Origin: an uncultured bacterium
GTDB taxonomy: Bacteria; Oederibacteriota; CAKKQC01
Reading direction: 5' to 3'
Assembly (NCBI GenBank): GCA_964400385.1
Contig: CAYNUZ010000001.1
Span: forward strand, 62-64,061
DNA: 64,000 nucleotides
In this document: one piece after another, positions 35,321-44,241 of the stretch
Layout: each line of letters opens with the position of its first letter
Position numbering within the stretch: the stretch's first letter is position 1
Made by a program: the position numbers and the translations under genes
The notes under the pieces: generated by a model
Told to the model about the DNA's origin: nothing
Databases searched by the model: none
What the model saw: the letters and a program-made list of their open reading frames with translations, nothing else

Positions 35321-38101
35321 TTATGGAACGCCGGGCGCCGTGGGCCGGGTCCGGTCCTGCCGCAGCCGGTACGGCGTCCCGAACGTGTACCGGGGGTCCG
35401 GCGTCCGGGCCAGCCCCTCGCTGCGCTCGGGTCTGCCGAGGCCGGCCAGGCCCCCCACACCGCCACCCAGTGAGAACACCTCGAGCACCAACTCCTGGCG
35501 CTCCTGATGCTCGCGGGTGCGCACGTACCGTACCCCCACCGCGCCCTCGAGCAGCGACCCGAACTCAAAATTGCTGATCTTGACCTCCGCCAGCGCCTCC
35601 GCCCCGTACGCGTACTGGGTCCGCGCCGCGTCCCCCGCGGCCAGGTCGAAGAACGCACCCAGCGAGAGGTCCTCCAGGTACCCGCTGAACCACCAGATAC
35701 CCTCGCGCAGCGGGATGAGCGGCGCCGTGAAGTCGACGGCCGCCTCCGCGCCCCGCCCCGCGGCCAGCCCGTCCTGGTAGCCCCGGATGCGCGCGAAATC
35801 CGAGTCGGGGTTGTCCCGGTCAGCGAACCCCGCCCCCTGGACCAGCACCCGGCTCATATAGATGTATTGGTCCAGCACCCCCTGCCCGACCACCCCCGTG
35901 CGGTCCACGGCCGACCCCCAGCCCTGCCGCTCGAACGGCACACTCGCGCCCACCGAGAGCGCCGTCCCCGGCCACGAGAACGCCGTGAGCACATACGGAT
36001 CGCCTTCCCGCCGGTTCCGGTCGTCGAACGCGCCCGCGTGCGCGCCCACCGCCAGCTCCGAGAGCCCCGGCGAGAGCCGGAGCACCAGCGGGTACGCCAC
36101 CGCCCCGTCCCAGGACGGCGTGCCGAGGGTCGAGACCGAGGCGGCCGCCTCCAGGGGCGGCGCGGGGGTCCCCACCGCGCTCGCCGAGACCGCCGGCCGG
36201 TGGTCCCGGAAGTCCCACGCCGGGATGAGCGCGTAGTTGAAGACGTGCCCGATCGCGTCCGCACCCCCGAACGCAATGCCTGCGATCCGGCCATCCAGGC
36301 TGGCGAACGGCATGTGTAGCGCGGTGGGCGCAAGCGTCCGCAGATCATCCCCGAATCCGCCGCGCGCCACCCGCGTGCGGTCCACGGGAGCCACCGGCGG
36401 GGTGATCGGCCGATTGTCCGGCACCGCCACCGCCGCCGGGGTGCGCGGCTTGCGGTAGAGGTCGTTGCCCGCCGCGGTCAGCCCCACGTAGTAGAGGGTT
36501 CCGGCCGCGGCATCCACCGCCGGCCAGTTGGCATACCCGCCCCGGGTCAGCTCATAGACCGTCCCGCTCGCGGGATCCAACTCCTTGATGCCATAGCTCC
36601 CCTTCCAGTTCGCCATGAAGACCACCCGGTCCCCGACGAGCGCCGGGTGCGCCTCCACCCACGGCGTGTCGATCAATGGGGTGACGGTCCCCGTGGCAGG
36701 ATCCAGCCGGTACAGCGAGAACTGGCGCCAGTCCGGCCGCGCCGTCACCACCACCTGGTGGTCGTCGGCGGCGAACTCGTCCACCTGCATCGCCAGCGAG
36801 GCGAGCCGGGTGTGCTGCTGTGACGCCAGGTCGTAGGCGAAGAGGTCCGACCCGAATCCGTCGGTGCGGTCCACGGAGTACACCACCCGGCCGTCGGGCA
36901 GCACCCCGAACCCCCGGATCGGCCGCCGGAACAGCTCCCGGTCCCGCCCCGACGCCAGGTCGTGCGCGCGCACGATGCTGGTGAACCCGTACCCCAGTGA
37001 CGCGACGTTCGCGTGGCCGCCCTCGATCTCCGTGACGGCGTAGTACAGGACGCCCCCGCGCACCGCGAGCCCCGCATGGATCCCGGTGGTCGTCCCCACC
37101 AAGATCCGCTCCTCCCCGGTCCGGAGGTCCCGCGCCCAAATCTCATTGAAGGCATCCGCCGCGAACGCGCCGGTCTTCTGGACGTAGGACCGGACATAGA
37201 ACAGCGTGCCGCCGTCCACCGTGAGGCTCTCGATCGTCCAGCCGTGGGACGTCACCTTCTCCCCGTCCATCTTCCAGTCCTGGAACCGGCCCGAGCACGA
37301 CCGCGACCACGCGTACCAGAGGTCCGGGATGGACTTCCCGTAGACCTTCTCCGCCGCCAGATCAATGCCCCACCCCGGCACCAGCGGCGAGAGGTACGCC
37401 AGCAACGACCGGTCGTGCCGGTGGTAGAACGCGGCCAGCTTCTCCGGCCCGTAGGTCCTGGCCAGCCACCCCGTGAATTCGGCGCCCGCCAGGTAGTAGT
37501 AGTCCAGCGGATACGCCACCGGAGCGAAGGTCGCCTGCATGAGGTCGGGGAACTCCCCGTTGCGCAGCCCCGCTGCCAGGTACGCGTCGAAGAACCCGTC
37601 GTTCAGCCGGCCGCTGTACGGCGAGTACGAGGACTCCTCGTACACCGCCAGCCCCTCCGCCATCCACGGCGGCACCCACCAGCTCGGGTTGAGCAGCGAC
37701 CCACCGAACCACGCGATCCCCCCGGGAATCCCGCCCCGGTACGTGAGATGGAGCATGTGGGTGTACTCGTGGATCGTGAGCCCCGCCCACCAATTCTCCT
37801 CCGGCAACAGCCCCGCCCCCGGCGCCGAGGTGTACAAGTGGATGTTCATGTTGACCGGGTCTGTCCCGCCGTTCGAGATCGTGCCGGCCTCGTCAATCAC
37901 GATCGGCACCCGCTCCCGGTGGCTGTCCGTGAGCTTCTCCACCTGCGGCCGGGTCCACTCCAGCGCGTCCAGCGCGGCCCACGCCTCCGGCTCATGGCCG
38001 TCGGCATAGAACACCGTGAAGTGCTCGGTCTTGAGCGTCCGCCATCCCGCCGCGGCAGGAGCCGTCCAGCACAGCCACACTGCGAGCGCCAGCCGCTTCA
38101 A
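35321..38101 (-). CDS. Secreted zinc metalloprotease (HEXXH) fused to TolB-like (PD40) beta-propeller repeats and a beta-rich C-terminal domain
   Basis: HEYTH zincin motif (AGLTIHEYTHMLHL) about 120 aa after a signal-peptide-like segment (LKRLALAVWLCWTAPAAAGW). PD40-like blades (LFAYDLASQQHTRLASL, FSLYRLDPATGTVTPLID, GIKELDPASGTVYELTRGG). The C-terminal 300 aa have alternating hydrophobic residues. The start is probably TTG at about 38101, overlapping the upstream stop as TTGA; the 5' part of ORF 35321..38305 overlaps the upstream gene. Confidence 0.55.
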   Translation of the reverse strand: MKRLALAVWLCWTAPAAAGWRTLKTEHFTVFYADGHEPEAWAALDALEWTRPQVEKLTDSHRERVPIVIDEAGTISNGGTDPVNMNIHLYTSAPGAGLLPEENWWAGLTIHEYTHMLHLTYRGGIPGGIAWFGGSLLNPSWWVPPWMAEGLAVYEESSYSPYSGRLNDGFFDAYLAAGLRNGEFPDLMQATFAPVAYPLDYYYLAGAEFTGWLARTYGPEKLAAFYHRHDRSLLAYLSPLVPGWGIDLAAEKVYGKSIPDLWYAWSRSCSGRFQDWKMDGEKVTSHGWTIESLTVDGGTLFYVRSYVQKTGAFAADAFNEIWARDLRTGEERILVGTTTGIHAGLAVRGGVLYYAVTEIEGGHANVASLGYGFTSIVRAHDLASGRDRELFRRPIRGFGVLPDGRVVYSVDRTDGFGSDLFAYDLASQQHTRLASLAMQVDEFAADDHQVVVTARPDWRQFSLYRLDPATGTVTPLIDTPWVEAHPALVGDRVVFMANWKGSYGIKELDPASGTVYELTRGGYANWPAVDAAAGTLYYVGLTAAGNDLYRKPRTPAAVAVPDNRPITPPVAPVDRTRVARGGFGDDLRTLAPTALHMPFASLDGRIAGIAFGGADAIGHVFNYALIPAWDFRDHRPAVSASAVGTPAPPLEAAASVSTLGTPSWDGAVAYPLVLRLSPGLSELAVGAHAGAFDDRNRREGDPYVLTAFSWPGTALSVGASVPFERQGWGSAVDRTGVVGQGVLDQYIYMSRVLVQGAGFADRDNPDSDFARIRGYQDGLAAGRGAEAAVDFTAPLIPLREGIWWFSGYLEDLSLGAFFDLAAGDAARTQYAYGAEALAEVKISNFEFGSLLEGAVGVRYVRTREHQERQELVLEVFSLGGGVGGLAGLGRPERSEGLARTPDPRYTFGTPYRLRQDRTRPTAPGVP

Positions 38102-39867
38102 CGAGACGCGCCAGCGGCCAGGGTATGGGCCTGAACCAGGTTCGATCGGGCGGCCGCGAGCGCGGCCGGGGCCAGAGGGAGGCGGCAGGCCATACGCAGC
38201 ACCACCTCGGCCTCGCGGTACCGGCGCTGGGCCATAAGGCGGAGACCCTGGATCGTGTACGCCGCGCCCAGGTCCACGCCGGCACGGAAGGAGCGCAGGT
38301 CCCACTTCCCCGCGTCCACGAACCCGCGCAGCCGCAGGTGCGGCAGCGGCCGGACGACCTCATTCGCCCGGGCCGCTAGCTTGGGATCCGTGAACACCTC
38401 GTACCCGGTGCCGAACGGAGCGATCAGGTCCTGCGGCATGGTGGGCAGCAAGTCGGCCGTCACGAAGCACCGCCGCTGCGGATTGGCCGCCGCCAGCCGC
38501 GGGATGTAATTGCCCGCGTAGTCATGCATCCCCCGCGGCCCCACGTAGCCGAGCGGTGGGAAGACGACATCGGGTGAGTGCTTCGCGAACCCGTCGTGCG
38601 TTGCCACCCCGCACAGAAACTGCACCGGGAGCACCCGGATATCCGGCCGGAAACCGCAGACCTCGTGCAGATAGGTCAGCGTATTGGCCTGGTCATCCTC
38701 CGAGCAGCAGATGATCGCGCCCTTGGGCAGCGGCGCCGCCTCGTTCCACGCCAGGTCCCACGGCAGGTAGTGGCCGTCCCGCGGCGAGTGGTTCCACGAC
38801 GTAGCAAGCGGCCAGAAGGCCAGCAGCCCGGTCAGCGCCAACCACCGCGACCGCTTGGTCAGCCGGGCCACCCCCACCCCGGCCAGGATCGCCAGAATCA
38901 TGGTGGAGAAGATGTAATACGGCTCGTTGTGCGGCCGGGAAAAGGCAAGTGCGAACACCGCGTTCGAACCCAGCAGAACAGCCGCCCCAACCGCGAGACT
39001 CAGGTCTTCCATGACGAGCGCCCCGAACCCCACCGCCGAGAGACCGAGGACCGGCCCCAGCTCCGTCCACGGCGCCACGAGAAGCTGATGCACCATCCGT
39101 TCCCCCAGCGGCTCCACCGCCTGCCCCGCCACCATGTACGCCCGGTACTGCTTTGCCGTGAGGTAGTCCACGAGTCTTTGGAATGTGTCCGGATTCCCCC
39201 AGTTCATCCACGGATTGCGTACTGCCAGCAGGGGCACCACCTCGGCCCGCGCCAGGATCGGCAGGAGTAAGCACAGCATCAGGACAGCAATTCGCCGTCG
39301 CGTCAGCCCGAGTCGCACCGAAGCGATGATGGCTGCGGGAACCAGATACAGCCCCATCGGATGGTTGGACACCGCCAGCCCTACTAGCAGCCACACGCCC
39401 GCGAAGAGGTGGGCATCCCGCGCCGCCCAGGTTCGGTGAAGGGCACAGAGTCCGAGTCCAAGCAGCAATGCAGCAAGCGGGTACTTGTCTGCAATGGACG
39501 CTTGCCAAAAGGCGGTGCGGGAACCTGCCACTGCGACTGCGGCCGCCCACCCCATGCGCGCTCCGCCGATCTCTGCGGCGAGCAGGTAAACCAACGCCGA
39601 GATTCCGGCGACACAGAGCGCCGAGAGAATGGAAGTGCGGAATGCTGGGTCTCCGAGTGGAATCGACCATGCAAGGTGTCCGACGAGCGTAGCCCACGTC
39701 GAACCGGGGGGGTGGGTCGTTCCCAACTCCGCGGCGGATCCGATTGCCTCCCCCGTATCCTCGAATGAAACGGTCGGCGCGAGCGAACTGGCCAGGCCAT
39801 GCATGACAAACAGGAAAACGAAGGCGGTGCCGGCCTGCGCTGTCCATGAAACGGTCCGGCCGTTCAT
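38098..39867 (-). CDS. DUF2723/TMEM260-like GT-C membrane glycosyltransferase (protein O-mannosyltransferase-like family)
   Basis: N-terminal acidic motif FEDTGEAIGSAAELGTTHPPGSTWATLVGHLA matches the D-x-GE...HPPGYPL signature I recall for DUF2723/TMEM260. The N-terminal about 350 aa are polytopic, with a soluble C-terminal domain. Confidence 0.6.
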   Translation of the reverse strand: MNGRTVSWTAQAGTAFVFLFVMHGLASSLAPTVSFEDTGEAIGSAAELGTTHPPGSTWATLVGHLAWSIPLGDPAFRTSILSALCVAGISALVYLLAAEIGGARMGWAAAVAVAGSRTAFWQASIADKYPLAALLLGLGLCALHRTWAARDAHLFAGVWLLVGLAVSNHPMGLYLVPAAIIASVRLGLTRRRIAVLMLCLLLPILARAEVVPLLAVRNPWMNWGNPDTFQRLVDYLTAKQYRAYMVAGQAVEPLGERMVHQLLVAPWTELGPVLGLSAVGFGALVMEDLSLAVGAAVLLGSNAVFALAFSRPHNEPYYIFSTMILAILAGVGVARLTKRSRWLALTGLLAFWPLATSWNHSPRDGHYLPWDLAWNEAAPLPKGAIICCSEDDQANTLTYLHEVCGFRPDIRVLPVQFLCGVATHDGFAKHSPDVVFPPLGYVGPRGMHDYAGNYIPRLAAANPQRRCFVTADLLPTMPQDLIAPFGTGYEVFTDPKLAARANEVVRPLPHLRLRGFVDAGKWDLRSFRAGVDLGAAYTIQGLRLMAQRRYREAEVVLRMACRLPLAPAALAAARSNLVQAHTLAAGASR

Positions 39868-39901
39868 GGACCCATTCTAGGTTGTGGAACCGCGAAACCT
39901 G

Positions 39902-42184
39902 CTATCGAACGATGGCCAGTTTCTTGATGATCGAGTCTTCCTTTCCGTCCTGCTTCCGCACCTTGAATCGGCAGAAGTACACCCCGTTGGCGAGGCCCGA
40001 GACGTCAAGGACGACGTTGTTCGTCCCCGGCATGACCGTGCCCGAGGCGGTCCTCAGCCGTCGCCCGGTCTCCGTCATCAACTCGATCTCGACCTGCTCG
40101 GCAGGAGCCAGCAACTCATAGCGCAGCGTCGCCCGGTCGCCACGGATCGGGTGCGGAACGGCATGGATCCTGGATTCCTCGATGATGTGGCCCTGGAAGT
40201 TCACCTTGAACGCGTAATGCGCTGGATTGGACAGGACACCGAGGACATTCTTCACGCTCACATGCAGGTACCATTGCTGGTTTCGGAGTCCGTCAAATCC
40301 GAGCTCGCTGGACGTGGTGAATGAGTCTGTTGCGGCAGGAGTCGTCGTCGCATTCCCGTCCAGGATGTAGTGGTACCCCACCAGGGTCGCACTGTCCGGA
40401 TTGGAGACCGCCAGCGAAAAACGTGGACTGTTGCTGGCGCTTTCCTGTCCCTGTGGATGGGTGGACGACGTGATCGTAACTCCGACACGGCCCTTGTAGC
40501 TGATGTTGATGGGATAGTGGCCGACCGCACCAAGATTTCCGGCGTTATCCTTCGCCCGGGCGTGGAACCACCAGGTGCCATCCGGAAGCCCGGAAAATGC
40601 CACCGTACTCGACCCGCTGAACGGGCTCGATGCCATCGGGAGGGACGTCGCGAGCGAATCCAGCACGTAGACATAACCGGCAATGTCAGACACCACATCG
40701 GTGGAACTCAACGAATCGGCCGCAACCAGGCTGTATACCGGGCTGTCATTTGCGCTGGCGGCAATCGTCGGGTGCGTGGGTGAAGAAATCGCAACAGGAT
40801 CCGGAACGACCGTGTCCTTCTTGATTGTGAACACCGTCTCCGGGCTGTTGGGATATTCGAGCGGATCTCCCTGCGAAACGAGATGAAATGCATGAATTCC
40901 ATCCGAAAGCCCCGCCACCGACAGGCCAGTCACAGTTTTTGAAAGGATGTAGGCACTTCCCAGGAGTGCCGTCCCACTCAGGACAGGGGCATCGATTGAG
41001 TAGTAGTACGCCCAGACCGGAGCGGGGGTGTCCACCGGCTCTACCCACTGGAGATCTGCCGTTTTGGAGTTGCCCCAGTTTCCGTCGGTGAATTCCGACG
41101 AAGTAATCACCGGCGCCTTGGGTGCAATGCCCGGGAACGTGAAGGTGACGCTGTCCAACTGGGGGGATTGGAGCGATCCGTTCTCTGTCATGGTTGCACT
41201 GAACTGGATGTACCTGGCCAGGGATGATGTGATCGTGCTCCCCCCCGGAGTTGCGTATGGGACGCTCCAATTGGACCAAGATATCAAGTCGGAGGAAGTG
41301 CGAGTCTGAACATCAAGCGACGCGCCCAAGGGAACGCTCTGAATCCAGGAAATCGTCCCTTGAGACAAGGGGACTGTCCCCAAATCAATTGTCCTACTGA
41401 GATAGATCGATGTTGCTGGGCCTGTTCGCGTAGAAGAGAAGTTTAAGTAATCAAAGTCTGCATACGAGTTCGTGGTTGCAGTATCTTTCATGTATATTCC
41501 TGCGGCTCGCACGTCCCATGAAACAGATGTGCTCCCAATGCTTGTCCAGATTGTCCCGCTCAAGACAAAACCCGAAAGCACATTCCCGATTCTGGTAATC
41601 CTAAATGTTGCCGGAGTTGTTCCCGATTTTGAACTCAGGTCGCCGGAGACCCCCCCGGAAGTTACGCGAGTCGTATTCTTCAGCCCCGAGGCTCCCAAGG
41701 TAAAGCCGGCACCAAACCAATTGAACTCATCCTGCATAACGAACAACTGAGCAGCACCAAAATCATGAGGAGTGGCGTTAAACTGTATTTGAGTTTCGAT
41801 TACAAAATCCCCGCTCACTGGCTGGAAGAGCTTGGGCGCAGTATCGGTTCCATACCACCACTCACTGTGAAGTGAGCCGGACACAAGCCTCATGTGATTC
41901 GGATTGGAGACTCTTTCATAAAATCCGTTGAGACCTTGAAACGCCCAGTACGAAGGCAATGGATCCGAATTGAGACCTGAATAGGTAAAATCGTCTGAAA
42001 AGTTTCTCAATACCAAGATTGAACCGGGTAAAGTAAATGCGTCCGTAATGTGCACACTTCCGAGGAGGAAATCCGACTGAGAATCGACTTTCCAAGTACC
42101 ACTGGCGTGAAGCTGGACGGGGAGAAGCATGCCGATACAAAGCAAAGCGGCACGAAGATACCCGGATACCAACCTGAAGATCAC
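39902..42184 (-). CDS. Secreted protein with concanavalin-like/lectin-glucanase-like N-terminal region, Ig-like repeats and a T9SS-type C-terminal sorting domain; lies in a lower-GC island
   Basis: Signal peptide (LRAALLCIGMLLPVQLHASG). C-terminal about 80 aa (ATLRYELLAPAEQVEIELMTETGRRLRTASGTVMPGTNNVVLDVSGLANGVYFCRFKV...KKLAIVR) resemble a Por/T9SS CTD. GC content is clearly below the flanking DNA. Confidence 0.55.
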   Translation of the reverse strand: MIFRLVSGYLRAALLCIGMLLPVQLHASGTWKVDSQSDFLLGSVHITDAFTLPGSILVLRNFSDDFTYSGLNSDPLPSYWAFQGLNGFYERVSNPNHMRLVSGSLHSEWWYGTDTAPKLFQPVSGDFVIETQIQFNATPHDFGAAQLFVMQDEFNWFGAGFTLGASGLKNTTRVTSGGVSGDLSSKSGTTPATFRITRIGNVLSGFVLSGTIWTSIGSTSVSWDVRAAGIYMKDTATTNSYADFDYLNFSSTRTGPATSIYLSRTIDLGTVPLSQGTISWIQSVPLGASLDVQTRTSSDLISWSNWSVPYATPGGSTITSSLARYIQFSATMTENGSLQSPQLDSVTFTFPGIAPKAPVITSSEFTDGNWGNSKTADLQWVEPVDTPAPVWAYYYSIDAPVLSGTALLGSAYILSKTVTGLSVAGLSDGIHAFHLVSQGDPLEYPNSPETVFTIKKDTVVPDPVAISSPTHPTIAASANDSPVYSLVAADSLSSTDVVSDIAGYVYVLDSLATSLPMASSPFSGSSTVAFSGLPDGTWWFHARAKDNAGNLGAVGHYPINISYKGRVGVTITSSTHPQGQESASNSPRFSLAVSNPDSATLVGYHYILDGNATTTPAATDSFTTSSELGFDGLRNQQWYLHVSVKNVLGVLSNPAHYAFKVNFQGHIIEESRIHAVPHPIRGDRATLRYELLAPAEQVEIELMTETGRRLRTASGTVMPGTNNVVLDVSGLANGVYFCRFKVRKQDGKEDSIIKKLAIVR

Positions 42185-42316
42185 CCGCCCCCCCTACTGA
42201 TTCGAGAAGATTTGGAACTTTCTAGAATATACTGTAGGTAGATTGTATGATGTCAATCGTGATCGGGTTCAAATCTGATGACCAGATCATCGTCCATATC
42301 CATGTGAGAAATCGAC

Positions 42317-44236
42317 TTAATTTGCAATTGGCCTCTGCGTAATTGTTACTGAGCGCAGAATGACGCGGTGCAGTGCTTGAAAACTCATAGTATTCGCGCC
42401 CATCTTCCACGCACCCCCTCTCCCATGTAACTGAATCTTCGTACTTCCCTTCCTGAGTACAAAAGAATCGGGCAGGTCATCGTGAGTGGAAATCATTACT
42501 TTGGTTGAGCGCTCATCCATAGAGTAGACTTCCAATATCACATCCTCGACGTTTGGGGACCGACAGAAGTTCAAATTGATTGTCGTGGGAAGGTCGCCGA
42601 TCACTAACCCCACACCTGGCAGCACATTGCTCCGTGGAGTTGCAATTGTCCCGAAGCGCTCGCTTGTAGACATTATTGTTATTCGTCCTGTGACCGATTG
42701 CGCATTCAAGTCGACAGGATTATCTACAAATAGAGAATGGGTCCGGCCGAATCTAGCAAGAAGATTCATCTCCGGAAGTTCTGATTGTATTAGGCTGTCA
42801 AGTGCTGATCTTGTCCTGTGGAATCCCTTTGTCCTCGATTTGAGCTCAAATGATAGTCGCTCAATAGGAGTTTCTCCAAATTCGGCAAGGCCAGGATTGT
42901 TCATCATTGCGCTCCGGCTCCGAAGGGCGAGCCATACGAATGCCAGCACGATGACCGATCCCGCAATGCGCAGGATCGCAGAGTCGCGCGCCAGCAACCA
43001 CCGCAGACCGAGCGGAAGACCAACCAGGATGCAGAGAGAAACGGGTACGAACCGCCTCGCCCCATACCCGTGGCTCCCCCAGAAATCAAATGGCAGTTGA
43101 TTGAGCCAAACCATGAATCCAAACATGAGGAGCAAACCCATGATCAATTTCGGGGCTCTCCTGTACACAAATGGCAGTGCGATCATCCCGAAGAGCCAGA
43201 GCGGATGAGTCGTGAATAGCCCTTTGCGCACCGACCAGAGCACGTTCCCCGGAGAGAATTTGGTCCATGTCTCAATGCCGGTCGCATAGTGCGGCGGGCT
43301 CCAGTGGCCATACGAAGCACGCCAGACCAAGACCTGGATCAGACAGAGGGCACCGAAACCGACCAGTGCGGCAATCCCGCGAAGGTGATCCTGCCGAGTC
43401 TGCCGGGCCAGTACCGACTGGCCTGCACGCAGGCGACGCAGCGCGCGAGCGCTGTACTCATACAACGGCATGAGCATGAGCACCCCGTTTGGGTACCGCA
43501 TGATCGTCGCCAATCCAATGGCGGCGCCCCAAAGGAGCCAGTCGGCCACCGTTGCAGAGGAGCGCAGCCGCCACCACAACCAAAAGGACCACGTGACCGC
43601 GAAGAACGTGGGACATTCACTCATCGAGCACTCATAGAAGGTGTAGTGGAAGAGTGGAGAGCCGAAGAACCCGGCAAGGATCCCCATGAGCGCGTAAGGG
43701 GCACCCACCATGCTTTCCGCAATTGCAAAGGACATGAGCAACCCGGCCAGACCGCCCAAGGCCGTGGCGAGACCCACGGCATACCGGTAGGGCCAGGAGA
43801 ATCCGTCGGCCGGCAGCGTCGTTGCGCCCAGCCATCGCAATGTGATCATGCCGACGTGGGTGATCTCCTCCACCGGGAGCCAGAATAATGAGAGGCCCAC
43901 GCCGTACTGTGAGTACACCCGGCCACTCTCGTGGTGCTCGTGGCCCTCGACGTATTGCTGCTGAAGCCGCTGCGAGGCGTCGTTGTTCTCCGTTGGAACC
44001 CGGTCTGCTGGATCAATGCGGAAATCGCCGTGCTGCACGAAGGACCGGACGTAGCAGTAGTACCCGACGCCATCCCCCGCCACCTTGGTCCCGTTGTCCT
44101 TCCAGGAGTTCGGGAAACACGCGGCCCAGAACCCGACGATGATGAGCACCGGGGGCCGGACGAACCAGCCTGCCCTGGTCCGGGCCTTGCGGTTCAGCAG
44201 GGCTTCAAGGGTCCGCCACAGACGCTCCATAGGCAT
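42317..44236 (-). CDS. GT-C fold membrane glycosyltransferase (PMT/ArnT-like) with C-terminal soluble domain
   Basis: Probable start MPMERLWRTL... (about 44236). Polytopic N-terminal 400 aa (GVGYYCYVRSFVQHGDF loop, multiple W/F-rich helices) plus a 230-aa C-terminal domain. The 3' third of the gene is conspicuously lower in GC than the 5' part. Confidence 0.5.
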   Translation of the reverse strand: MPMERLWRTLEALLNRKARTRAGWFVRPPVLIIVGFWAACFPNSWKDNGTKVAGDGVGYYCYVRSFVQHGDFRIDPADRVPTENNDASQRLQQQYVEGHEHHESGRVYSQYGVGLSLFWLPVEEITHVGMITLRWLGATTLPADGFSWPYRYAVGLATALGGLAGLLMSFAIAESMVGAPYALMGILAGFFGSPLFHYTFYECSMSECPTFFAVTWSFWLWWRLRSSATVADWLLWGAAIGLATIMRYPNGVLMLMPLYEYSARALRRLRAGQSVLARQTRQDHLRGIAALVGFGALCLIQVLVWRASYGHWSPPHYATGIETWTKFSPGNVLWSVRKGLFTTHPLWLFGMIALPFVYRRAPKLIMGLLLMFGFMVWLNQLPFDFWGSHGYGARRFVPVSLCILVGLPLGLRWLLARDSAILRIAGSVIVLAFVWLALRSRSAMMNNPGLAEFGETPIERLSFELKSRTKGFHRTRSALDSLIQSELPEMNLLARFGRTHSLFVDNPVDLNAQSVTGRITIMSTSERFGTIATPRSNVLPGVGLVIGDLPTTINLNFCRSPNVEDVILEVYSMDERSTKVMISTHDDLPDSFVLRKGSTKIQLHGRGGAWKMGANTMSFQALHRVILRSVTITQRPIAN

Positions 44237-44241
44237 TCGCA

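Noticed and set aside
33247-35658. N-terminal 113 codons of ORF 33247..35658 (MRSSTWPRGTRRGPSTRTGRRRW...)
   Set aside because: Arg-rich read-through overlapping the upstream gene; ATG at 35319 with a hydrophobic TM start immediately after fits a GT-C protein.
35321-38305. Upstream 68 codons of ORF 35321..38305 (MGPALLPCRRGPGRG...)
   Set aside because: They overlap the 3' end of the DUF2723 gene by about 200 nt and are Gly/Pro/Arg-rich. A TTG at about 38101 followed by a signal-peptide-like segment is the more plausible start.
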